A DNA stretch of 64,000 nucleotides from Schmidtea polychroa (lineage: Eukaryota). Made by a program: the position numbers and the translations under genes. Location: contig CM097885.1 in assembly GCA_044892525.1 (NCBI GenBank), positions 240,498,001 through 240,562,000 of the forward strand. The letters are read 5' to 3'. The notes under the pieces are model-generated. The model did no database searches. It had not been told where the DNA came from and worked only from the letters and a program-made list of their open reading frames with translations. This document shows, in pieces, positions 12,640 to 25,300 of this stretch; the first letter of the stretch is position 1, and each line of letters opens with the position of its first letter.

Positions 12640-12971
12640 TCTGAACCTTCAACTGATTTGAATTTATTAAACTTTATTTGATCAAGATTTAATTTCCATA
12701 CGATTACATAATCACATAAATCCACATTTACAAGGAATGAGTTAGTTTTGTTGATTAATTTCGTTATTGATTCTGAATGTCCATATAATATATCACTCTA
12801 TTTGCCATCTTCTAAACTCCATACAATTATAATATAATCCATTCGACCAGTGAATGCGACTCTCGATTTATTGTCACAAAATTCTGACAAAACAACCTTC
12901 GAATGACCACTCAAAACAAATTCATCATATTCATTATCCTTAGCATTTTTAACATCCATATCATTTTCCAT
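12640..12971 (-). pseudogene. Intronless WD40-repeat gene fragment, AAMP/Sqt1-like
   Basis: MENDMDVKNAKDNEYDEFVLSGHSKVVLSEFCDNKSRVAFTGRMDYIIIVWSLEDGK*SDIIYGHSESITKLINKTNSFLVNVDLCDYVIVWKL: an acidic N-terminus plus two GH...W WD40 repeats with an in-frame stop. The AAMP assignment is from recalled similarity only. Confidence 0.6.
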
Positions 12972-13642
12972 TTCGAAATTAATTAAATGAATTTAAAAAA
13001 TTTATTTTTCAAAACTCACAAAAACTTACAAAATTCAAACAACTTGATATAAAATACAAAGATATTATCACCACAAAATCCAAAGAAAAAAACAGATCTC
13101 CAAAACTCGATCATTAAACTCGACAATTGTCCGCGTCTGTGTGCGCACACAACTCAATCCAATGACAAAGCAAAAAACGCACACAGGCGCGAAACATAAA
13201 CTCACAATTCACCACTTCTCTTTATATGTGTTACTCCATTTTTATTTGGTCGAATAAAGCAAAACTCTTTATAATTTTAATTTAAAATTTTAATTATATA
13301 TATTTCATTTAGTTATAATATTTTTCAATTAAATATCTATTTTTATTATTAATTTTTATTGTATTTATTTTCATGAATATTTTCATGATATAAATAATTG
13401 AATAATTTTATTTAAACATGTTCGATTTTATTATAATTTTAATAAAATATTTATATATATATATATATTATTTTTTTATTATTAGAATCACTTTTCAATA
13501 AATTAGTTTTATTTATTTATTAAATTTCAAGTTTGATCTTATATCTGCCATTTTAATTCTTTACTTGTGCGTTTTCCTTAGTTTTATTTTTAATTTTGTT
13601 TCATTTTTATTAAAAATAAATAATTAATCGATGATTAAATTA

Positions 13643-14655
13643 CAGTAGAACCTCCATTATCCGGACCTCGATTATCCGGATTTTCGATTATCCGGATTGT
13701 TAAAAATAAAAACCTACTTGATGGATTGCATAATATTGTGTGTGTGTTCAATAATCGACAGTTATTTCTTGAAAATTTGTTGACGATTTAAATATTTGTT
13801 TTAATATTCTCAACATGGAAAAGAAATGAAGAGAAAACGTGTTGTAGTATCATAAAGACAAATTAAACATAATCTCTCACGTTTTTTGTCTAATAAACAC
13901 GGTGTTAGAACGTAAACGATCTCCTATATATAAAAACAAAGTGAAAAAATTATGAAGTTTACTAATTCATTATTATTAGAAGATGGAAGCTCAGAGCGTA
14001 AGGTTATGAAAAAATCAGTAAATGAAGAAGTCGAAGAGTGTATTTTTATGTGGTTCGTTCAAAGGCGATAATCTGGACACCCAATATCTGGTTCATTATT
14101 GTGCGAAAAAGCAATATTTTTTAATACAAAATTTAATGGAGATTTTACCTTTAAAGCAAGTTTGGGTTGGCTCGAAAAATTGAAAGAGCGCCATGGTATC
14201 AGAGAACTTGAAATTCATGAGGAAAAATTTTCTGCTGACGTAACTTCAGATAACACTAAGAATGATTTGACGAAGAATTTATTTATAATTCTGGCGAGAC
14301 CGGTTTAAATTTGAAGGAACTAACCAACAAATCTTTAGCATCAAGACACGAAAATACTGCACCAGGGTACAAAACTAGTAAAGAACGTGTCACTATAATG
14401 GTATGTGTCAATGCAAGAGGCAGACACAGACTCCCACTGTTAGTCATTGGGAAATCAAAAATCCTTAGGTGCTTTAAAAATATTAGAAGTCTTCCGGTTG
14501 AATATGATCATCAGAAAAAAGCCTGGATGAATGGGGAAATTTTTAAACGATGATATGAAAAACAGTTCATACCAGAAGTAAAAAATATCAAAACTCTATT
14601 CGATTATCCGGACTATCTTCATCCCCCATTAGTCCGGATAATCGAGGTTCTACTG
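13643..14655 (+). mobile_element. Internally deleted Tigger/pogo (Jerky-like) DNA transposon
   Basis: 24-bp TIRs CAGTAGAACCTC(C/G)ATTATCCGGAC with TA target duplications on both sides. Contains a CENP-B HTH (FKASLGWLEKLKERHGIR) and a DDE_1 fragment (SKERVTIMVCVNA..LPLLVIGKSK..KAWMNGEIF). Confidence 0.92.
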
Positions 14656-14887
14656 TATAATTATTATAATTAAATTTTAAATTAACATCATAATGATTTT
14701 TGTTTTTTCAAATAAATAACAAACGGAGTGACACATAAAAATGTATGATATAAAGTTTATAATTGTTGAGGTTTTCAAATCTCAACTTGATGGTTCCTAT
14801 ATAAATAAGAACACAAACACTGGTTCAATAAAATTTATTTGATTATAACAATTACAAATTATATAATATAAAATTAACAATCACCTC

Positions 14888-15027
14888 NNNNNNNNNNNNN
14901 NNNNNNNNNNNNNNNNNNNNNNNNNNNNNNNNNNNNNNNNNNNNNNNNNNNNNNNNNNNNNNNNNNNNNNNNNNNNNNNNNNNNNNNNNNNNNNNNNNNN
15001 NNNNNNNNNNNNNNNNNNNNNNNNNNN
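14888..15027. other. Assembly gap (140 N) between the two RecQ genes
   Basis: Run of N. Confidence 1.
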
Positions 15028-15943
15028 TGCTTGCAGCTTCCTGAGCTCGGATGTGTAAAATAGGTATCAATTTCTGAATTTGAAATTCTTCTTAGAAACT
15101 CTTATTTTTTGGGTTGTTTGACTGAGAAATCAGACGACTTACATATAAAATCCCTGTTGACACTCCATTTCGAACGTCAACACACTCTATTCTGTTAGAG
15201 TCAATAGAATTTCTGTTTTTAAAAATGCAGATTTTAATTGTTACTATTTTTGGAATCATCCCTTTATCCAGCATCTTTAATGTATTTTTGTTTGTTATTC
15301 TTAGACAAAATTTATAAAAGATTATTAATAAATTCTAAAACACATTCAATTTAAACATTAATCGATAACTGTAAGATTACAAGTAAAATCAGTTCAAAAC
15401 ACACAAAGAAACAACAGTGGAAGATTATTAATATTCTATTAATATGCTTGTCTATTATTTATTTAATTCTTTTTAGTTAACAATTCTGACTTTTTATATA
15501 TGTGATATGTTCCGCATCATTCGCAGCAGAAGATTATACAGGTTATCAAATTGAAGGATTTTTCAATATATTCAATTTTAAGTGCGCTTGCTAATTTGAA
15601 TTGTTTTTTCATTTGTTGAATTAGAAATTATTTTTAAAATTTTCCATAATTTAAATAATTAATTTATTTATTACCAAATGAGATTTATTTTTAAAAATAA
15701 TATTGTAAAGTTAAAATAAATTCCTGTGTTCAATAAAACAAAATTCAATAAATCGATGTATAAAGATTTCATAATTCAGTCTAACTATTATATATTATAT
15801 TGAGTCAAGATTTGATGTGCTTTCATGCTTCTATTTTGATTACTAGAACAAACAACAGCAATTTTAATATCAGATGGCATCAGTTACCAAATTCAATTAA
15901 TTTATAAATTTAAAAAAATATGAAATGCACTTAGTGCACTTAG

Positions 15944-15944
15944 T

Positions 15945-16027
<83 letters not shown>

Positions 16028-16035
16028 TAGCAATA
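15944..16035. repeat. (AAT)n microsatellite
   Basis: Long AAT tandem run. Confidence 0.95.
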
Positions 16036-17132
16036 ACAATAACGATCATTATAACAACAATATAAATTTATTATAATGTCATCAAGAACTAATAAATCAA
16101 TATAAATTAACACATCACATCAAATTGTTAATAATAAGTTATTATCACAAGTCAATATAATAATGTTTATTCCTTTCATTACATAGATATTATCATTGTT
16201 AATTATTGTCCACATTTATATTTATTCTGTACCTATTTGTTCCTATTATGTAGTATTTGAGCTTCAAAGTCTTTAATGTTCTTCTATCTTCTAACATAAT
16301 ATAAACAATGACAATTTTTTTTTGAATTAAGCATTAGTAACATTCATTATGTCTTATATACCTCATTTTATACAAAAATGGAAATGATTCACTTTCGTAT
16401 ATTTTATCTATGGTCGACCTGTGGCTTTTTGAAACATTTACAAAAATTACATATATTATATTTAGAAAAATTTGTTTGTTTTTATTAATTAACGTATCTC
16501 GCTAAGTAGTCATATTATTAAATAGTAAAAAAAATAATTATTGGTCATGCTGTTTGGGTAGTCATAATATTTAATGTTTTCAAAAAAATAATAAAAGAAA
16601 ATTTTTTTATTCGTCGGTCAGATATAGAATATCGTGTTCAATCTTGATTATCATGATAGCTTTAGTCAAACAAATTTGTTTATGATTCTTGTTTTGGCCT
16701 AATGTCATCTATAAAACTCGATACTATTGTTTTTGTATTATTTATGTAATATTTCCTATTTCTATGTTTATTTAACTTGTTGATGGTACTTGTACATGTA
16801 AAATCGTTTTATTCTAACAAATTGTCACTTTCTCAATTTTTGACCAAAATACAAGTGAAACTTATCTGTTGTAAATTTAAAAGAAACTATATTTATTCAT
16901 ATGAGATAAAGAACAGTCTAACTTACTCTTAAGTGTTAAAAATTGAATTTTTATTAGTAAATAGAATATTATACGTAAAAAATTATTTTGATGTTTTATA
17001 CTAATTAATTTTGTTTTAATAATTAAAAGGCTAACAAATAAATAATTGAATAACTTATTAAATTTTTTAGAAAATCGGGATCTTAAATTTTTTGTGAATT
17101 CATTAATTTTATTCCAAAATTGTTAGTACTCA

Positions 17133-19290
17133 ATGAATAGTAAATGTTTTTTACGAAGATAATCAATTCTTATAATTCATTTTAATAGATTCTCATACTC
17201 AATCCACTGAAATAGATAAAAGAATTGTTGCTATAGATAATGAAATTAAAACTCTTACACATGAAAAAGAAGATTTAATAAAGAAAAAGAAACGAGTATT
17301 TTAAATAGATATGTATGCATATAACATTTCTAAAACTTAGTTATCTATGCCCACGATGTCTAATAAAGATTACGGAAAAGAAAATTTTCCATGGTCGGCA
17401 AATATTAAAAAGTTGTTGCAAGATAAATTTAAATATAAAAACTTTAAATCATTACAATTGAAAACTATTAATGCCACTTTGGATAAATTAGATTGCATAT
17501 TTATATCTCCACCCGGTAATTTAATATATTATTATTATATGAAAAAGCTGGCTTTTTAATTTGCTAAATTATGTTGTAATTTATAATGCTCTTAATTTTA
17601 TAAGATAAATGACTAATCAATCGATTTAAAGCCTCCAAATTTTGCAGAATTAAAGACCCTATTGCCAAAAACTTATTAATTAAATCTGAGTATTCTAGCT
17701 TTATTATAGTTTGAGATATTTAAATGTTGTTATTGTACAGATATATAGATAGATTCTTAAAACTATTGAGGTAAAAAGTATCATTAAAAAAATTTTTGGA
17801 ATACAAACTCTCGCAGGAAATGCAGATTAAATTACTTAAATTTCAAAGGAGTATTTTATCACACTGTATTACAGAACTCAACCTGAAAGTATTAGGCTAC
17901 TCAAAAGGAATGTAAAAATCTATAGGAGTCTTAAAACAATGATTTCCGATGATCCAAAATAATTGAAATTGAAAATTGGTACATATATAACGTTGTTGGG
18001 AAATTTTAATGCAATGAAAGCACTATTGAGTGGTACAAATTTAGTCATAAGAAACCTTTACCAAAAATTCTGATTCTAATTCTAACTCAGTGGTTCTCAA
18101 TTAATATAAAAGCGCGGAACACCATTCACATGATTTTTTTGACGCGGAACACTGACAAAAAATACTTCCCATAATGAGTGACCAATCACAAATTACTATA
18201 AATCTGTCGTAAACGTAAACAATGCCTTCTTATAAGCAAAGAAAATACCACGCGCAACAATAACAAGCAATAAAAACACTTTTATATTTGTATATTTATA
18301 TATATCTGTGTAACGGCTTTCTTATTGAATCATCTTATAAAAAAATTAATTGAGGTTTTTGATGATATGTATCTTAAATGCAAATTTAAAGATAAAATGT
18401 CATTTTTTTCGCGGAACACTGGAAGCGTAATCGCGGAACACGGGTTGAGAACCACTGTCCCAACTGGTAGCAACAAGAGAGAACGAGATTGTATATTTCG
18501 CATTGATTAAGAACTAAGTCAAAGTTCACTGCCACGCAGAATGTGATGCCATAAATTACTTGTAATTTTACCTTTAGTTATGATGATCAATCAATCTTTT
18601 GATCATATTGTATTTATCTTTCTGAGTCTGTATCTATCCCATTATCTGACAAGGAAATCATGAGAATATATAAGATTTTGCTGGAATAATGAAATAATAA
18701 ATGGCCACCATTATTCAAAAATCCACGCAAAAAAGTGAAGCTCCCTTCTAGTTATAAAATCGATAGACCTGTTGATTGCTTTTCATTATTTTTCAACGAC
18801 GAAGTAATTGAAATAATTGTGAAACATACAAATATTAAAGCTACAAGAAAAATTGGTGGTAAATGGAAAAGGACTACCCCAATAGAAATCGGCGCATTCA
18901 TTGGACTCCTACTTACCGAAGGTGGTAATAAGCAAGGAAATGTGAATTATGAAGATTTTTGGGATCCCCTTTTTGGAAGCCATATATTTCGCGCTACTAT
19001 GGGTATATGGCGTTTCAAGTCAATTTTAAGATTTCACAGATTTGATGACAAGGAGACTAGGTCAGTGCGCAGATTCAATGATAAATTGGCTCCAATTACG
19101 GAAATCATAAATAAAAATTTCTCAAAATATATTATTCCAGGCCAAAAGTTAACAATTGATGAGCAGTTGGTTCCTTTTCGTGGATGAGTAAGTTTCAAGC
19201 AATACATACCCAGTAAACCAAATAAATATTAAAAAAAATTTAACATTTTTCTTTTAAATTTTTATGTATTAACATATATTATAATATATG

Positions 19291-19359
<69 letters not shown>

Positions 19360-22300
19360 ACTGGACATGGAAGGGTTTAAAGGCATTCTAAAATATTTGC
19401 ATAAGTTCCCCATAGTCAATTGATAAAATTTAATAGAATAATATATCAGAGGAACTTTCGTACAGAATACGTTTATTACCGTATTACTTCGAATATAAGC
19501 CACCCTCGAATTAAGGCCTCACTAAGGTTTTATGATAGGTATTTTAAATAGGATTAAGTAAAAATAAAAATGCTTTAATAATAAGGTTGGTCAGACAAGT
19601 GTGCACAAGACATATCTTCACAATGACAAGTGCGCTCGATGACAAATGCTCACATAGACAAATTCGCACAAGCTTATTATTATAATTTAATTATTATTTT
19701 ATTATTATTATAAATGCATGTATCTACAGAAGTTGTTTTGATCATGATATATAACAAATACTCTCTACACATTGGCAGTCAGATCAATCTGAAGGTCAAT
19801 ATAAAACTATTTACTGTAAATTCATATTTTAGTCTTGTGCGCACTTACAATGAAACCAATAATAAGGTGTTACATAATCTTTTTATTTAACCTTATTTAA
19901 TCTTCTTCATACACATCATCACTTTCGACACCTTTACACCTCATCTTCACTGTTGCACCAGAGTACATCATCTTCGGTACCGTTTAAATCATTAGTTATG
20001 CAACATTTGAACTTTTTTTCCCAATTTCACCACTGATTTTTTTTTCATTGTATTTATTAAAAAGAGCTTGAAGACTATAAATCATTAAATATATCAAAAA
20101 CATCGATATAATTACTGATTTATAGCTTTCAAGCTCTTTTTAATAAATATATTTTTATTTCCGCTACAAAGGCTTTATTCTTCCTCAAAACGAGGAAACA
20201 GATATAATATTGTTTTTATCTCTCGAATTCGATGTTTTATAAATTGCTTATTACATCCAATATAAGCTACACCCTAATTTTGCACAATAAAAATGTAAGT
20301 AAAATTCGAAGTAATACTGCTCATCAGTTAAATAAAATATTGAATTCATTAATATAACTATGTTAACTTATGCATTTTAAGGCAGTGGAAAAAGCTTATG
20401 TTACCAATTAGCGTCAATGATTTCAGGATTTACGTTAGTTATTGCCCCATTGGGTTCTTTGATACATGATCAAATGATTCTGTCAGAAAAGTTTGGTATA
20501 TCATGTATTTCCCTTGATTCTAATAGTTCTGTAAAAATACAGAATGAAATATTTAAAGTCATGGAAACTGATCCGGTATTTTTAAATTACATAATAATAA
20601 TATAATAAAAATAATAATAATAATTTATTATAAACTAGCTATATAACTATTTTACTATGACCTGGATGTTTGATAACTGATGCAAACATATTTGTATGCA
20701 ATGAAGTGAAGTAAGTATGTATGCGATCTGTATCAATAAACTAATAATACTCCGTTTTATTGATTATGTAATTGAAAGTCCTATAGTACATTGTTTTAAA
20801 ATACGATAAAAAGCGTGAAATTAATTGTAATATGCTTTTGAAATAAAATTAGATCAAATACGAACTATTATTATCAACAATTGTTGTCATTATTTATAAC
20901 AACATAAATTCTTTTCAATTCATATTCTTAGATGTAATTACATTGCAATATTATTCAATTATTTCCATACTAACAAATAATTCATTAACAATAAACTAAT
21001 CAAGAATATTGATTACAAATTTTCAAAATTTTATTTAAATATGCTTTAAATTTTTAAATTTTATTATTGATCTTTATAACAATTAGTTTTAAAAATTATT
21101 TTATTATATTTTATTACATATTATTTAATCAAAAATAATAACTTTTATAAATATATATTTTTATATTTATTAAAAAAATTGACTATGAATCAGTAAAGAT
21201 ATCAATGTTTTTTCATATTCATGAATTTTCAGCACAATCTTTTACAAAACACTTGAAAAAGGCTGTGCCGAAAATTCATGAATATCAAAAGAAAAAATCA
21301 ACCATAAAAATATGGTTTTTGAAACTCTTAATTTCAACATATTTTAGATATAATTACGTTATCTCTTTAATCTGAAGTTAATGAATAAATAAGAATTTAT
21401 ATTGAAATAAGGAAATAACACTAGATTCGACATATCAATATTTTTTAAATTAACCAACTTTCCTTGATCTTATCAATATAGAATTTTGATTGCATGTAGT
21501 GTTCTCGACATCGAATCTACTTTTCAAATTTCAGCTCAATTCGATCACAGAAAGTAAGTTAATTTGGCCCCACGAACTTGGCGTGGCACATACAAACATC
21601 AGCGAAATTAATATAGAGTAAAAAACATCGATATCTTTATTGATTCATAGTCAATTTTTTTAATAAATACAATGTCAATTGAAAATAAGTCAGGATGAAA
21701 ATTGAAAAACGTTTTTATAATTATATTTTTGTCATTATTTGGATATTGATTTATAATTTTCTTTACCCTGCCATAGTGCCCTAAATTTGGGTTTTTACTC
21801 CAAAGCAATGCTGAAATTTCTCATTGACTTGGTTAAGAAACACTGAACTAATCAATACGTAGTTATTTGATTAGAAATTTTAAAATTTGATAGAATCATT
21901 TTTTTATAAATTTAGTATGAAAAATTATAAAATTTAAAAATACTTTTTGAATCCAATAATTTTTCTATATTTAAACTTCGAACTTTTTAACACATAAATT
22001 AAATTTTTTCACTAAATTAGAATAATTTTATCATTAAATTTGCTTATAAACAATATCGTAAAGTTCAAATAGTGTCAAATATATTTCTTGAAAAAATATA
22101 TTTTTAAAATTTGAATTTAAATAATAACTTATATTTCAATATATCTTATAGTATATAAAAATGAAAGTATGTGTTTGTATAACTTCAAATTACGGGTAAA
22201 AGATAGACAAAGGTATTCAATTTTTCAAGTTAAAAACACAAAAGACCGAATTAACTACTAATTCATTTTCTTTACTATACTAATTCGCTTTTTTAGACAA

Positions 22301-25300
22301 TTTTAGAACGTTTGTATTTTTTTGATTTTCTCATTTTTGTCTCTATATTATTTCATTCTTTCGTCACGGTATATCTGGATTAGTATGGTATGGCGGAATA
22401 GGGTGAGGTAAGGTGAGATGGTAACTTCGTAATTTTTGTACAGAAATGAAAATAAATAAATTTTCATGGCCGCTTGTAATATTTTTTTAATCTTCCAAAT
22501 AGCCCGGTAGCCTAACATGTACTAAATAGTATATTTAAAGGTTTTATTATAATTTTTATTTCTAGCAATTTAAAATATTTGAAAAATTGAAAATTACTGA
22601 ACTCACTAATTTAATACATTTGAAATCAATAAACAATAATTTACTACAAAAAATATTTAAAAACATTCAAAATACAACTATTCACATGATTTTGCTCATT
22701 AGTTTTCAGATTTAACGATTTTATCAACAAACCTTCACCAATTACATGTTTCCAATAATTATTTTGAAAAATTAATTAATTTACAAATCAAATATGTCTA
22801 TTGTACTATACAACTCTTATTGTGGATGATGGAAGTCGCTCCAATATATTACAATCTATGAATGTGAATTGATGAACGAGATCTGAATACAATCCAACCG
22901 TAGTTTTAGATTTATTACTACATATATTGCGTACTTTACATTAATTAGATACAATCTTTTCCCAACTACTAGCTTATCTTTCTCTTATAATCTGTAAAAC
23001 TTCACAAGTACCACAATACCACCACAAATTTAGACTTACAGTCTTTACACTGACTATTGAATTTAATCACCTTACTATTCAACTCATCCACATCAATCAA
23101 ATTACACCCAGGCATTCTCAAACTTGAATTCTTAGGATTTTTAATAAATTTGTATTCTTTCTTTAATTTTTATAAGTTGACTCATTTTAAATAATCATTC
23201 GTTATATCTACCAATAGGTTAAGTTATTTCTAAAAAATATTATTCTAACTTCTGATCTAATAATTTGTTTTTATGATTCATTCTTATTTTTGAAACAAAG
23301 AATTTAAAAACTTATCTTAAATTAAAACTAATTTAAGTAAATTTAATATATTAAAATAACGATTTAAATTTTGTATATATTATATTAAAATCAATTAAAG
23401 TATTTGTTACCAATCTCAGCATTAATATCAGAATTACAAATAACTCAGCTGTTTGAATGTCTGAAAACAAATTGGGTTTTTTTTTAATTTTTTATGCGTG
23501 CATTTAATTAAATCTATTAATAATAATTAAACTTAATTTAGATAGATAATGTAACATATAAATTGATTTACACAACTCCGGATAAGATTTCAAACAGTAA
23601 AAAGTTGACGAAAGCCATTGAAAAATCATATGGTGATAAACGTTTAGCGAGACTGGTTATAGACGAAATACATTGCTGTAGTGAATTAAGTCATGATTTT
23701 CGTCAAGATTATAAAAACCTTAATGGGTTGAAATCTCTTTATCCAAATCTGCCAGTTCTTGGTTTGACAGCAACTGCAACTAATTCTGTCATCAATGATA
23801 TCAAAACGACTTTAAATTTAAATTCTGACTGTTTGGTCCATAAAGACAATTATAATCGATCAAACATCTTCTATGAAGTAAATATTGCCTTTTCATATTT
23901 TTGAAAATATAAAATTATCAGGTTAAGTTTTTATCTAATGACAAAAAGGAAGGGGAAGAAATTTGTAAATTGATCAAAAGTCGATTTGGTGGTCAATCAG
24001 GTTAGTCATATAATAATTATATTATTAATTATAAAGTGATGATTTTTCGGTAGCAGCACTTATTATTTAAAACAATAAAATGATAATTTAAGCCTTTTGC
24101 TGCGAATAATGTATTTAATGAAAAAATTTTCGACTATAAGATAGTCCTTGTCAATCTCCTGGAATTTAGCAATGTTCTTTCCAAAAATACCTTTCAATCT
24201 TTCTTTTATTTCCTTTCTCTTAATTCTCATTGGTTGTAAATATAATGAATTTTTTTATTAAAAACTTTTAAAATTTTACTGAAAATTAAAATAAAAATAA
24301 AATATATACCATTTAAAATTCCAAATTGACACAAACAAAAAATTTTTAAATTTTTTTATACAGCTTCTATAATTAGCTTTAGAAGCCTAATAAAATATTT
24401 CAAAATATTCTAAATAAAGCCTCCAATAACTACTTATATATGCTATTTAAATATTTCAATAAATGGGTCAATTCCGATTTTCAAATCCAATTTTTTATTA
24501 AATTTTTCTATATTATTTTTATTATTACTTTTTAATTTATTATATATTTTTTTTAATTTCTTTATATATTGTCAGTTATTCTCAAGGTCAATGACAACAG
24601 ATCAAATTCACGATTTCATTGATTTCTTCTTTAGTGTTGATCTTTGGCTGTCTGTTTATGATGAGAATTGCTTCTTTGAATCTGACATTTTTTTGGATGT
24701 TTCCATTAGCTATGATTTCTATTGAAATATTTTTTCTTTCCTCTGTTGGCTGACACTGCTGGAGATGTCTGCCCAACGAGGATGTTCCACCAAGATCTAG
24801 GTGTTCTTTAACTCTTTGGTGCAAGGTCCTGAGTGTACTTCCAATGTAGATTTCATTGCATACATTGCACGTGATGCAATAGAAGATGTTTTTTCTAAAG
24901 CACACATCTTTCGGTGTCTGGCAGTTTTTCATTGTGCAATTTTTTTCTCTATTTATGTTGCCTGCCAGAGCCCTTCTCAATGTCCAAGATTTATGTGCTA
25001 TCCGAATTGGAAGACCGGTACGTTTAAGTTCTTCCAGGATCTTGAAGTCGAGTATGTCACTGATGGGATATTCAGATAGAAATATTTCTGATTCTTTTGT
25101 GTTAATTCCCTAGATCTTTTGGGGTAGAATTCATTCTTTCAATGTCCTCACCCATATATCCGTTTCTGTGTAGGATTTTATTGAAATTTTATTGTTCTTT
25201 AAAGTTTTCGTTTTTTTCCGTGCATCGATTGGCTATTCTTCGTTTCTCGTTTCTTATGACATGTACTTTCTGTAAGTATGGAAGCGCTGATCTTTGATGC

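Noticed and set aside
14852-15070. ORFs spanning N runs (also 31833-32051)
   Set aside because: Artefacts of assembly gaps.
19279-19503. YIYIYI and poly-I ORFs (also 7380-7577, 30786-31079, 32456-32725)
   Set aside because: Translations of (TA)n or (ATT)n microsatellites.
20290-20327. CTGATGAG on the minus strand as a hammerhead
   Set aside because: Stem II does not pair and the GAAA box is GAAT. It overlaps a transposon TIR.
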